From an uncultured Dysgonomonas sp. (GTDB lineage: Bacteria > Bacteroidota > Bacteroidia > Bacteroidales > Dysgonomonadaceae), in contig CALNCC010000146.1 of assembly GCA_937875275.1 (NCBI GenBank), forward strand, positions 12,229-76,228: a DNA stretch of 64,000 nucleotides, given 5' to 3'. This document shows, piece by piece, positions 19,655 to 30,090 of the stretch; the stretch's first letter is position 1, and each line of letters opens with the position of its first letter. Both the position numbers and the translations under genes were made by a program. A model generated the notes under the pieces. It was given only the letters and a program-made list of their open reading frames with translations. It ran no database searches and was not told where the DNA came from.

Positions 19655-21319
19655 TTATTTCAGTTTCTTCGCAAGCTCTGATGATAGGTAGAAAGTCTCT
19701 GTCTTGTCTACATATACAGTTACTGAGCCAATGCTGAATGGTTGATCATTCAAATATGCTATTGATTTGTAAGCCGGCACTTTCAGTGTATAGCCATTCT
19801 TTTTAACTATCAACGTAGGCATTTTCTCATCTGCCGTGCTGTCCACTTCCAATTCGCATCCGGCAAAAACATCGGTGTGCTTCGCGAAGATTTGTTTTGT
19901 CAATTCAGGCAATCTTGTCTTAAGCCCTAATACATCTGACAAATAATGATTTATATCCACATTTGTATTCATACCCACAGGGATATCTCCTTTGGGATGA
20001 TATGCCGCAAGGAATACCTCTTCACCGGTGTGTCCTCCTGTCGTGAATCCGAAATATGTTCTACTATTCATAATCTTACAGAGAGTAGATGTCATGTTAG
20101 GCCCATCAGCTACTTTCATATAATTTTCAGCTTTGTAGTTTTTAGACGAAAGCAATTTTTCCAACTCATCGTCTTTCAAGTCTATGCCTGTATATTCTTT
20201 CATCACAGCCTTAAAATCTTCCGGTTTTTGTTTCAGCAAGATCTCCTCCATTCCGGCAGCAGTTCTTTTATATTTCGACACTGCACCAAATAGCTTATCT
20301 ATACTTGCTTTGTCGTATCCGTTCAGGCTGTAACTTCCTAACGTGAATCCGCTGTTACCATGATCGGGAAGAATAATAACCGTTGTGTTACCGTCTTTTT
20401 TAGCAAAGTCTATCACTTCTTTTACAGCATTGTCGAAAGCAATATACTCGGTAATACAACCAACTGCGTCGTTAGCATGTGCCAACCAGTCTATCTTACT
20501 GCCTTCTACCATCAAGAAGAAACCGTCTTTGTCTTTAGAAAGCAGGTCGATTGCTTTTTTTGTCATTTCGGCTAATGAAGGCTCTTCCGCCGGATCGCGA
20601 TTGATATCGTACGACATGTCTTTGTCTTTAAATAATGCCCATGCCTTGCCATCCTTATGGTTTCTGAATCCGTTGATATCGTTGGCGTAATATGATATTC
20701 CTTCATTCTTGAAATGCTCTTTCATGTCATCCGAAACAAGAGTTGTTCCACCACCAAACATTACATCCAGATTTTGATATGCCATCTGTGGTGCAATTCT
20801 GTCATACGAACCACGATTGTAATAGTGCGAAGAACAGTCTGCTGGCGTAGCATGAGGAAACTCAACCGTAACTACTAATCCGGTCGATTTTTTCTTTTCT
20901 ATTCTTGCAGCTTCTAATGCTGTTGCAAGAGGTTGGTATGCCATAGATGGGTCTACTGCAACAAGGTCGTTGTCGGGGTCGGCAACGGGATATATTGCTA
21001 CATTTCCTGTTTGTTGAGGCATCCCTGTCATATAGGCAGAGGTGGTTGGAGCAGAGTCTCCGATAGGAGCATTCGATGAGAATGTTTTCACTGTTCCGCA
21101 GATATACGGATCAATATTGAGAGCATTTCCCATGTTATTGTAAATCTTATACCACCGGGCAGCAGATACTACTCCGATAGAAGTTCCGTCAGGAATCATT
21201 ACGATAACATTCTTTGTCGGTTTTACTTTTTTTCTGTACGCATCTCCATTATATGTTTGCCCAAACGCAAATGTTACGGAGAGAATTAATAACGATAAAG
21301 TAATAAAATGTTTTTTCAT
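19655..21319 (-). CDS. Alkaline phosphatase (PhoA-type), secreted
   Basis: VIVMIPDG, DSA (Ser nucleophile), HATPA, FFLMVEGSKID..HAND, DHG, GHTGEEV. Confidence 0.93.
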   Translation of the reverse strand: MKKHFITLSLLILSVTFAFGQTYNGDAYRKKVKPTKNVIVMIPDGTSIGVVSAARWYKIYNNMGNALNIDPYICGTVKTFSSNAPIGDSAPTTSAYMTGMPQQTGNVAIYPVADPDNDLVAVDPSMAYQPLATALEAARIEKKKSTGLVVTVEFPHATPADCSSHYYNRGSYDRIAPQMAYQNLDVMFGGGTTLVSDDMKEHFKNEGISYYANDINGFRNHKDGKAWALFKDKDMSYDINRDPAEEPSLAEMTKKAIDLLSKDKDGFFLMVEGSKIDWLAHANDAVGCITEYIAFDNAVKEVIDFAKKDGNTTVIILPDHGNSGFTLGSYSLNGYDKASIDKLFGAVSKYKRTAAGMEEILLKQKPEDFKAVMKEYTGIDLKDDELEKLLSSKNYKAENYMKVADGPNMTSTLCKIMNSRTYFGFTTGGHTGEEVFLAAYHPKGDIPVGMNTNVDINHYLSDVLGLKTRLPELTKQIFAKHTDVFAGCELEVDSTADEKMPTLIVKKNGYTLKVPAYKSIAYLNDQPFSIGSVTVYVDKTETFYLSSELAKKLK

Positions 21320-21343
21320 GCTTATTGTATTTAGTAAAATTAT

Positions 21344-22609
21344 TTATTCATATCTTATTGATTTTGCAGGTGATATCTTAGCTATCACGTACGATGGACC
21401 TACCATCGTAAGGATAGAAATCAAAAATGTACCGACATTAAGTAATAATATATACCACCAGTTTATTTCCATCGGAACTATTGCTGTATAGTATGTATCG
21501 GCATCAAGTTTGAATATCCCGAATGTTCTCTGTGCAAATATAATTGCCAGTGCAACAGCATTACCTATCAGCATACCCTTGAGCACGAGGAAGGACGAAA
21601 CATACAAAAATGTTCTCCGGATGCTGTCGTCTCTTGCACCTAAGGTTTTCAATACGCCAATCATATTAGTTCGTTCTATAATGATAATCAACAATCCTGA
21701 TATCATCGTAAAAGCAGAGATAGCTAAAGTGAGAATGATGATGATAACGACATTCATATCCAACAAGCCTAACCATTCGAAAATAGCAGGTTCTATTTCT
21801 TTGATAGATTGTGTGTACAATGTATTTCCCTGTTTATCAGTCGTAGACATCATATCTATCCACAGATCGTCTTTCACATTGTCAAGATCGTCAAAGTCAT
21901 CAATCAATATCTCTATTCCGCTCACAAGATTTTTGTCAGACCATCCGTTTAGCTTCTGCACCAAATCGAGATCAGTCAAGACAAACATCTTATCATAGTT
22001 TTCAAAGTCGGTATTGTATATGCCTTGTATATGCAGTTTCCTTACTCGCGGAGGTTTCATTTCTCCGTCTTGCTGTTCTATGAAATAGATGAGGAAATTA
22101 TCGCCTAAACTTAAATGCAGTTTATTAGCAATATATTTTGAGATAATGGCTTTGTTGCCAACAGAATCTTTGGCGTTAAGAGTTGATCCTTCAACGATGT
22201 TTTGCTCAAAGAAGTCCCAACGGAAATCATCTCCTACTCCTTTCAGTACAACCCCCTGAAATGCCGAATCGCCTTTTATTATTCCGCCCTTTGTGGCAAA
22301 TACTTCGGTGTGTTTTATTTCGGGTCTGGAATTTAATTCCTCACGCAGCTCTTCGTCTGCATAGATAGGCAGAGATATGTACGACGACTTGGCGTCTAAG
22401 TTGGTAATCTGTATATGAGAAGCAAAGCCGACAATCTTGTCGCGTATTGTATTTTTGAATCCGATGATGATAGATACCGAAAGGATAATAGCACATAATC
22501 CCACTGCTATGCCGGCGATGGCGATTTTTATAGCGGGCGAAGAAGCTCTTTTTTCACCTTTCGTCTTTTGAAAATGTATTCGTTTTGCTATAAAAAAATC
22601 AAGATTCAC
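21344..22609 (-). CDS. LolC/E-type ABC transporter permease
   Basis: FFIAKRI, TM1 followed by a periplasmic MacB-like domain, ERTNMIGVLKTLGA, ISPAKSIRYE. Confidence 0.88.
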   Translation of the reverse strand: MNLDFFIAKRIHFQKTKGEKRASSPAIKIAIAGIAVGLCAIILSVSIIIGFKNTIRDKIVGFASHIQITNLDAKSSYISLPIYADEELREELNSRPEIKHTEVFATKGGIIKGDSAFQGVVLKGVGDDFRWDFFEQNIVEGSTLNAKDSVGNKAIISKYIANKLHLSLGDNFLIYFIEQQDGEMKPPRVRKLHIQGIYNTDFENYDKMFVLTDLDLVQKLNGWSDKNLVSGIEILIDDFDDLDNVKDDLWIDMMSTTDKQGNTLYTQSIKEIEPAIFEWLGLLDMNVVIIIILTLAISAFTMISGLLIIIIERTNMIGVLKTLGARDDSIRRTFLYVSSFLVLKGMLIGNAVALAIIFAQRTFGIFKLDADTYYTAIVPMEINWWYILLLNVGTFLISILTMVGPSYVIAKISPAKSIRYE

Positions 22610-22624
22610 AATCTATGTCTTTGT

Positions 22625-23643
22625 TTAAAATAAAAATCCTTGTTCCGATTCTTTTGTTCTCCCTAAATGCTTATATGCAAGCTCTGTGACCTCTCGTCCT
22701 CTCGGAGTTCGTTTCATAAAACCTTCTTTGATAAGAAAAGGCTCATACACCTCCTCTATGGTTCCCGAATCTTCGCCTAGCGCGGTTGCAATGGTAGTGA
22801 TGCCAACCCACCTTTAAATTTGTCGATGATGGTCAACAATATTTTATTGTCTATTTCATCCAATCCATATCGGTCGATATTCAAGGCTTCGAGAGAATAG
22901 GTGGCAATATCACGATCTATCTTGCCAGACCCTTTCACTTGTGCAAAGTCTCTCACACGGCGCAGCAGAGCGTTAGCTATACGGGGAGTTCCTCGACTGC
23001 GTGATGCAATCTCTGCGGCTGCATCCTTTGAGCATGGTACATCGAGTATCTTTGCCGACCGGATAATGATATTGGTAAGCGTTTCGTTATCATAATATTC
23101 GAGATGCATATTGATGCCAAATCGAGCACGCAAAGGACTGGTAAGCAATCCGCTGCGAGTAGTTGCGCCGATAAGGGTAAACGGATTCAGCTCTATTTGC
23201 ACCGAACGGGCACTTGGCCCTTTGTCTATCATTATGTCGATACGATAGTCCTCCATCGCGCTATACAGATATTCTTCCACAATAGGCGACAGGCGATGTA
23301 TCTCATCAATAAATAAAACGTCATTCGGCTCAAGTGATGTCAGCAATCCCGCTAAATCTCCAGGTTTGTCGAGCACAGGTCCTGACGTGATTTTAAAGCC
23401 GACGCTCAACTCATTGGCTATAATGTTGGACAGGGTTGTCTTCCCCAATCCGGGAGGCCCATGCAACAAAGTGTGATCTAACGACTCGCCACGCATCTTG
23501 GCTGCAAGTACAAATATCTTGAGGTTCTCTACGACCTTGTTCTGCCCGCTAAAATTGGAGAAGCTGAGAGGACGAAGAGCATTCTCAAAATCCCTCTCAG
23601 TATCAGCCATATTGCCTTTGTGTATGTCAAATATTTCTTCCAT
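22625..23643 (-). pseudogene. ruvB: Holliday junction DNA helicase RuvB, frameshifted at ~22808
   Basis: [32 protein letters not shown]. After FKGG the conserved [38 protein letters not shown] continues in another frame to TAA at 22625. Confidence 0.92.
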
Positions 23644-23716
23644 ATATCAAGACTCAAAGATACAGCAATTATTTGCGAACTTCAAGAATTATAATTTTTT
23701 ATAACAGTCCTATTTC

Positions 23717-25036
23717 TTATTTCGCCCTCATGTCTGTCAGCAAAACAGGAAAGTCGTCGCTACCCGACGATTCCTCATACACTGTCAGTCCGAAGAAGTG
23801 TGTGGCACAGATAAGGTGGTTCATCAATTCCGCTACTATGGTTTCATATTCTTTCCATACAGTAGTGTTGGTAAACGTATATATCTCCACGGGCAAACCT
23901 GTCGACACGGGAGCCAGTTCTCTGACCATAAGCGTCAATGACTGATGAATATTTGGATGATGTTTCAGATAGTTGATGCAGTAGGCAATATACACGTCTA
24001 TATTTGTCAGCATATGTCCCTCTGCGGTCAGTCCGCTATCCATTTTGTCCCAGTCGGCACGTTGCGAGAAAGTTTTAGTCTTGGTATCTATATATTCAGC
24101 CAGTCCGGGCACTTTTTTATATTTGTCAATTTCTTCGTTATTGATAAAGCGTATTGATAATTGTTTTATATAGATCGCTCTTTTCAGCCGGCGACCTCCC
24201 GATTCTCTCATTCCGCGCCAGTTCTGAAACGAATCGGAGATCAACGCGTATGTAGGAATTGTAGTAATTGTCTTATCAAAGTTGCGCACCTTGACGGTGG
24301 TCAGGTTAACTTCCTCAACATCTCCGTCAGCACCATATTTATTCATAGTTATCCAGTCTCCGATCTGCACCATATTGTTAGTCGATATCTGTATGCTACC
24401 TACAAATCCCATAATGGTATCTTTGAACATCAACAGCAACACCGCCGAGGCTGCTCCCATCGCCGTAAAGAATGTCCCCAACGATTTGTCGGTAATGATG
24501 CAATATACACTGCCGGCTCCGATGATATAGAATATAATCTGAACAACCTGCACATAACTTTTCATCGGTTTTTTGTGAAATGCAGGTTTGGTGCTCAATA
24601 TATCGCCAAAAGATTTGATGAGTGCCACCAATGTCCATATTACCATAAATACGGCATATATATCAGTCAGCTTTATGAGGGGGGTGATCATAAACTGGAA
24701 ATCTTCGAAAATGATACGAATGACTCCCCTTATGAATGTATAAGGTATAATCAGTGCCAAGAAGTGTGGTAATCGGTTATTTTGGGCAAATTTAAAGAAA
24801 TCGATATTAGTCAATTTGTATGCCCTGTCTGATATAAAATTGAGAATGATCTTCGTTACTTTTTGCAGTATATATACTGTTACTATTGTGATAAGTGTAA
24901 TCACAATCATTTTGGAAACCATAACCAAGCTTTCCGATACACCCCACGACAAGAGCGTTTTCTCTAACCAATCATGAATGGAACCGACAATTGTTTGTAA
25001 ATCCAGTTCCACGTCCTTTAATTCATCTATTTCCAT
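23717..25036 (-). CDS. Mechanosensitive channel, MscS family (YbdG/MscM-like)
   Basis: GAASAVLLLMFKDTIMGFVGSIQ, GDWITM..YGADGDV, NFDKTITTIPTY, NWRGM..SGGRR. Confidence 0.92.
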   Translation of the reverse strand: MEIDELKDVELDLQTIVGSIHDWLEKTLLSWGVSESLVMVSKMIVITLITIVTVYILQKVTKIILNFISDRAYKLTNIDFFKFAQNNRLPHFLALIIPYTFIRGVIRIIFEDFQFMITPLIKLTDIYAVFMVIWTLVALIKSFGDILSTKPAFHKKPMKSYVQVVQIIFYIIGAGSVYCIITDKSLGTFFTAMGAASAVLLLMFKDTIMGFVGSIQISTNNMVQIGDWITMNKYGADGDVEEVNLTTVKVRNFDKTITTIPTYALISDSFQNWRGMRESGGRRLKRAIYIKQLSIRFINNEEIDKYKKVPGLAEYIDTKTKTFSQRADWDKMDSGLTAEGHMLTNIDVYIAYCINYLKHHPNIHQSLTLMVRELAPVSTGLPVEIYTFTNTTVWKEYETIVAELMNHLICATHFFGLTVYEESSGSDDFPVLLTDMRAK

Positions 25037-25053
25037 TTCTTAGTATGGGTCTT

Positions 25054-25446
25054 TTAATTCTTTTTTCTACGCAGGAATTTATAATCCTTATCAAAAATTA
25101 CTTCAATTGTATCATTCATGTTATACACTCGTCCACTCTGTGCAAGAAACACTTTCACCGAGTCGGTTTCGTGATGCTCACCTTTATACCTCCAATTGCC
25201 TGACACATACGCTTTTAGAATATACGTATCTTCCGGCGTTTGCTTATCCTCTTCGGCCATTTCTTCATACGATATAGGAGTGATCTGTTTTATTGTCGTT
25301 ATTGTCTTATTCTTCTCGTCGCCTTCTCTGAAATGAAGTTTGACATTTGCTACCATCTGCTCCATACGGCGTGTATAGGTTATGTCGCACGACACGAATG
25401 AAAATATTAATGCTACAAAAAGCGTATGTGTGATAATGCGTCTCAT
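25054..25446 (-). CDS. Hypothetical lipoprotein
   Basis: Likely start MRRIITHTLFVALIFSFVS-C (lipobox). Confidence 0.65.
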   Translation of the reverse strand: MRRIITHTLFVALIFSFVSCDITYTRRMEQMVANVKLHFREGDEKNKTITTIKQITPISYEEMAEEDKQTPEDTYILKAYVSGNWRYKGEHHETDSVKVFLAQSGRVYNMNDTIEVIFDKDYKFLRRKKN

Positions 25447-25526
25447 AAGCGGATTTTGTTTAAACAAGAAAAGCTTGTAAGATATTGAATGTATCCTGCC
25501 AAGCTTTTCCATCTGGTTATAAAAAT

Positions 25527-27047
25527 TTACTTATTTTTTTTGTCGTCTTTCGTTGTTTTGTCTTCGCCAGCCAAAGGGATAGTTACCGTCTCTTTCGCGT
25601 CTTCTCCTTTCAGATAAGTAGGAAGGTTCATTCCTGCCATATTGAACAAATCATTTAAAGGGGGAACAGATTTCATCAACCCCGACATAAAGTTAGCTGT
25701 CGTAGTTTGGTTATTACCGGCACCTGCACCATTCGGCGAATCCCAAACAGTAATCTTATCAATCTTGATATTCTTGATGGCTTCCACCTGAGTTTTAACC
25801 AGTTCCGGCAACTTTTCGATCAACAACAATTGGTATGCAGCAGTAGGATCGTTGTTGGCAGCGTGTACCATATCTTTGTATCCTTCTGCCTGCTTGGTCA
25901 ATATTTCGTAGATACCTCTCGCTTCTGCATCCATTTTTGCAAATATTGCATCGGCTTCCCCTTTTGCTTGCTCTCTTAGCTTTTCTGCTTGCGCCTGTGC
26001 TTCGATGATGATCTTTTGTTTTTCAATTTCAGTTGGCACCACTACATTGGCAATCTGCGTAGAACGTTCTCTTTCGGCACGAGCCAACTCGGCATTCTTT
26101 TCCGCAAGATATGCTTCTTCCAAAGCTTTCGCTTGTTGTACTTTCTCAGCAGCGATGGCGATTTTCAGAGCTTCAGCTTCTTTTTCACGACGTTGAGCGT
26201 CGGAATTAGCAATGGTAATCTTAGCGATATTTTCCCCTTCAACAGCAATTGAGTTTGCTTCTGCCACTTTCACACGAGTATCTCTCGTTGCTTCTGCCTT
26301 ACCAATAGATTCATCTCTGCTGGCTCCGGCAATACTTACCTCTCTATCTTTCTGCGTAATAGCTATTTTCACATCACGATCACGCGTTGTTTCGGCTATT
26401 TTCACATCACGATCTCGATCTGCAATAGCTTTCCCTGTTTCTCCAAGTTTTTCTTGTTCCGCCACGCTTACTTTCGCTTCATTGATAGCTTTTGCAGCAG
26501 CTTCTTTTCCTAATGCCTCGATGTATCCTGACTCGTCATTGATGTCGGTTACGTTCACATTGATCAGTTTCAGACCTATTTTGCGAAGCTCGGTATCAAC
26601 ATTTACAGATATATTATCTAAAAATTTATCTCTGTCCGAGTTGATTTCTTCGATCATCATCGTTGCGATAACTAGACGTAGCTGCCCCAACAAGCGTTCT
26701 GCGGCATTGTTCATATTATCTTTTTCCGTAGAGATAGCAATCGTAAAACGACAAGGAACATCAACACGAATATTCTGCTTACTCAGCGCACTTTTCAGGT
26801 TTGCCTCAATCGAAATCGGCTTAAGATCAAGATATGCAAAATCCTGTATAACAGGAACAATAAAGGCTCCACCACCGTGAATACATTTCGCTGATGCACC
26901 TCCTGTTCGTCCATACACAACAAGTATCTTATCGGATGGGCAACGCTTGTATCTCGATGCCATCGCCGCTACGAGCACACATACAACTATCGCCGCTGCA
27001 ATAACAATAACAAGAGCTCCTCCTCCGTCAAAAAAGTTTAAATCCAT
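25527..27047 (-). CDS. Flotillin / SPFH-domain protein
   Basis: N-terminal TM, RYKRCPSDKILVVYG, SPFH core, Ala/Glu-rich coiled coil; apparent in-frame deletion near 26685. Confidence 0.92.
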   Translation of the reverse strand: MDLNFFDGGGALVIVIAAAIVVCVLVAAMASRYKRCPSDKILVVYGRTGGASAKCIHGGGAFIVPVIQDFAYLDLKPISIEANLKSALSKQNIRVDVPCRFTIAISTEKDNMNNAAERLLGQLRLVIATMMIEEINSDRDKFLDNISVNVDTELRKIGLKLINVNVTDINDESGYIEALGKEAAAKAINEAKVSVAEQEKLGETGKAIADRDRDVKIAETTRDRDVKIAITQKDREVSIAGASRDESIGKAEATRDTRVKVAEANSIAVEGENIAKITIANSDAQRREKEAEALKIAIAAEKVQQAKALEEAYLAEKNAELARAERERSTQIANVVVPTEIEKQKIIIEAQAQAEKLREQAKGEADAIFAKMDAEARGIYEILTKQAEGYKDMVHAANNDPTAAYQLLLIEKLPELVKTQVEAIKNIKIDKITVWDSPNGAGAGNNQTTTANFMSGLMKSVPPLNDLFNMAGMNLPTYLKGEDAKETVTIPLAGEDKTTKDDKKNK

Positions 27048-27085
27048 AATTTTCTTTGTATTTATATATATTTGTTAAATTATTT

Positions 27086-27655
27086 TCAGATAGGCTTTAC
27101 TATAAGCATGTTATCCTCCAATGCTGTAATTCTGACCACCATTCCAGTCTTCAAATCCATATCGGAAGGATTCATTGCTGTAAGTTCGCGGGTAGATCCA
27201 TTTACGCTCACAAACACTTTACCTTTTCCCTTATTGTTAGCCGGAATATTAGTATATACGTCAGCCGTTTTTCCAACAGTATCTTCGATATTGAACGAAT
27301 TATCTTCGGCAAGCCTCATCATGGCTCTCATTATGAAAAAGAATAGCGCAACAAAAACACAACCGATCAATGCAGCTACGAGGCTCAATATAATTTTGTT
27401 GTCAAACGAATAATAGAGTCCGACTCCTGCCCATCCCAATCCTAAAAGGAAATTGATAAGGTTACGCAGCGAAAACAGTTGGAACGAGGAACCTGCATCA
27501 TCGAAATTACTGTCGAAATCGGCATCAACACCCGTGTCCGAATCTGCCCCCATAAAGGTCATAATAGTCTGTATAATAAATATTATGCTGGCAGCTATTG
27601 CGATATACCAATATATCTGCAAGGTAGAATCCATATTTGAAAAAAACTCTTTCAT
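27086..27655 (-). CDS. NfeD-like membrane protein (flotillin partner)
   Basis: Three TM segments, FQLFSLRNLINFLLGLGW, C-terminal OB fold GKTADVY..IP...GKV.V...G. Confidence 0.85.
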   Translation of the reverse strand: MKEFFSNMDSTLQIYWYIAIAASIIFIIQTIMTFMGADSDTGVDADFDSNFDDAGSSFQLFSLRNLINFLLGLGWAGVGLYYSFDNKIILSLVAALIGCVFVALFFFIMRAMMRLAEDNSFNIEDTVGKTADVYTNIPANNKGKGKVFVSVNGSTRELTAMNPSDMDLKTGMVVRITALEDNMLIVKPI

Positions 27656-27800
27656 AGCAGTACTTATTTTAGAAATTATTTGGTTTACACAAATTTAATA
27701 AAATTCCTCAATTCACCAAGTGTATTTAGATAAAAAAACGGGCTTGTTGCTGATAAAATATAATTACCTTCGCTCAGTTTTTATTCAAACCAAAACTTAA

Positions 27801-28994
27801 ATGATGATTATGAAAAACTGGTTATTTATTCCGATATTAATATTTACGCTTCTCCTTAGCAGCTACAGCAGTTATACTCCGCCATCCTTAGTTGCCGAGA
27901 TTGACGGCTTAGGCAATGACACTATTCTTTTATTTATTCATCCATTATCAGAGGCAGTTGAAAATGACGCTAATTTAAAACAGGACACAATCGTCGCAAA
28001 GGACAACCGATTTGAATATACAGTTCCGTACGATGGCGATGCATTGGTATATTTTGTACCTAATTCGTTGACAAAATCGGAGACAGGAAGGAGATCCCTT
28101 TCTTTCTCGGGATTGATTCCGGTGATGATAAAATCGGGTAAACAGGTAAAACTAAAGGGTAAATTAGACGGTTCTTACATAGAATACAGCACTGACGACA
28201 AGGGGTTCAATAGCGATTACATGGCCAGCAGAAATGAATACAAGAATCTCCTTTTGGGGATGGATAGCCTAAACAATCTAATTCAGTTCTACACCATGTC
28301 CCCTCAAGCTCCACAGAATCAGGACAAATTGATTCATTCTTTGTTCGATAAAAGAAATGCAATTAGATACGAGCAAGATAAAGTGATGGTCAACTATATG
28401 AAAAAGAATTTAGACAAAGATTTATCAGGCTATTATCTGTTGCGGCGACCGACTGAATATTTCATTGAATATTATGACCAGTTAGAAAACAGCGTGAAGA
28501 ATGGTGCGTTTAAAGTTCAATTGGATAAAATGTTGGTTGAGGCTAAAAAATATGAACAAAAAATAGAGAACGAGTCGAATGTAAAAGCTGGAGAAACAGC
28601 TCCCGACTTCACACTCAAAGATATTGAGGGAAATGATTTTACGCTATCATCAATAAAAGGGAAATATATTGTTCTCGACTTTTGGGGCAGTTGGTGTGGT
28701 CCGTGTATCAGTGGATTTCCTCATATGAAAGAGTATTACAATAAATATAAAGACAAGGTCGAGTTTGTCGGGATTGCATGTAAGGACAAAGAAGACAAAT
28801 GGAAAAACGCTGTGGACAAGGCAGAACTCACATGGGTTCAATTGATAAACGACCCGAGTCGGGACGTAACTGTAACTTATTCCATTATGGCCTATCCGAC
28901 AAAGATCATACTCGATGAAAATAGGAAAATCATAGCATTTATTCGGGGCGAATCTGTCGAGTTTTACAACAAGCTGGACGAGATACTCGAATAA
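27801..28994 (+). CDS. TlpA family thiol-disulfide reductase
   Basis: Signal peptide; APDFTL, LDFWGSWCGPC, YPTKIILD. Confidence 0.92.
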   Translation: MMIMKNWLFIPILIFTLLLSSYSSYTPPSLVAEIDGLGNDTILLFIHPLSEAVENDANLKQDTIVAKDNRFEYTVPYDGDALVYFVPNSLTKSETGRRSLSFSGLIPVMIKSGKQVKLKGKLDGSYIEYSTDDKGFNSDYMASRNEYKNLLLGMDSLNNLIQFYTMSPQAPQNQDKLIHSLFDKRNAIRYEQDKVMVNYMKKNLDKDLSGYYLLRRPTEYFIEYYDQLENSVKNGAFKVQLDKMLVEAKKYEQKIENESNVKAGETAPDFTLKDIEGNDFTLSSIKGKYIVLDFWGSWCGPCISGFPHMKEYYNKYKDKVEFVGIACKDKEDKWKNAVDKAELTWVQLINDPSRDVTVTYSIMAYPTKIILDENRKIIAFIRGESVEFYNKLDEILE

Positions 28995-29104
28995 GTCATA
29001 ATCCTCTGGATGTCTGATCAGTGGCTCGCATTCAGAAATAAAGCTTTTAGAATACTTATTTTTCTCTCAAAAAATCACTACTTTTGGCGAATTTTTTGAG
29101 AGAA

Positions 29105-29905
29105 ATGAAAAGTTATTATAGCCCTAAAGAAACGACAGCACAATTTGCTGCCTCAGGTATCTACAAGAGTAAGTTACCACTATCTAAGTTTTGTCTGTTA
29201 GCAACCCTCGGTGGAGTTTTTATCGCCTTCGGAGGTTTTCTGTCCGTCATCATCGCCGGAGGAATGCCGGGTGTTGGTGCCGAAAATCCGGGATTGATTA
29301 AATTTATTGCCGGAGCAGCTTTCCCCGTCGGTCTCATTATGGTATCTGTAACCGGAGCCGATCTGTTCACAAGCGATTGTGCAGCACTCGCCTACCCTGC
29401 TCTGCAAAAGCAGATTAAAATATCTACATTCGTCAAAATACTTATCTTGTCATACCTGTTCAATGGTATAGGTGCGCAACTTGTTGCCGGATTACTATCT
29501 TCGGGCTTAGGCTATTTCGACAAAGAACCGTGGCAATCGTATCTACATCACTATTCAGAAGCTAAGGTAAACCAAGATTTCCTTAAGGTATTCATCAAAG
29601 GTATCGGTGCTAACTGGCTTGTCTGCTTAGGTATGTGGATGGGCTATGCCTCGAAAAGCATCGAAGGAAAATGTATAGGAATATGGATTCCCGTTATGCT
29701 TTTCGTTACGTTAGGATACGAGCACTCCATTGCCAATCTCTTCTTTATTCCTGCTGCAATATATTCGGGTGCAGACATCATGTGGAGCGATTTCATCTTG
29801 CAGAACCTACTCCCCGCAACCTTAGGCAATCTCGTCGGCGGGTCGTTGCTCGTTGGTTGCGTGTATTGGTTCTTGTATCTGAAAGAAGAGAATACTGCCC
29901 ACTAA
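29105..29905 (+). CDS. Formate/nitrite transporter family protein
   Basis: FPVGLI..GADLFTS, GIGANWLVC, GYEHSIAN, TLGNLVGG; ATG 29105 lies downstream of the -7 box TACTTTTG. Confidence 0.93.
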   Translation: MKSYYSPKETTAQFAASGIYKSKLPLSKFCLLATLGGVFIAFGGFLSVIIAGGMPGVGAENPGLIKFIAGAAFPVGLIMVSVTGADLFTSDCAALAYPALQKQIKISTFVKILILSYLFNGIGAQLVAGLLSSGLGYFDKEPWQSYLHHYSEAKVNQDFLKVFIKGIGANWLVCLGMWMGYASKSIEGKCIGIWIPVMLFVTLGYEHSIANLFFIPAAIYSGADIMWSDFILQNLLPATLGNLVGGSLLVGCVYWFLYLKEENTAH

Positions 29906-30090
29906 ATCGCATCCAAATTTCCTTTCTAAAGATCGTCATTTACCGCTCATCTATCCCCATCGTAGGAGAAGAGAAGCTATCTTATGCAAGATAAGAAGAT
30001 AAACTCTACCTTATTTTGCTGTGGTCTTCTTTATTTTTAGTAATTTTGGCGGACTTGAAAATAAAATACATATAATCATCTTTTTATATT

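Noticed and set aside
22795-22820. Programmed ribosomal frameshift in ruvB
   Set aside because: No slippery heptamer, and a conserved Pro codon is physically missing, which fits a deletion or sequencing error.
26330-26420. 33-nt periodic repeat GCTATTTTCACATCACGATC in flotillin
   Set aside because: It encodes the RDRDVKIA 11-residue coiled-coil repeats expected for this protein family, not a DNA-level array.
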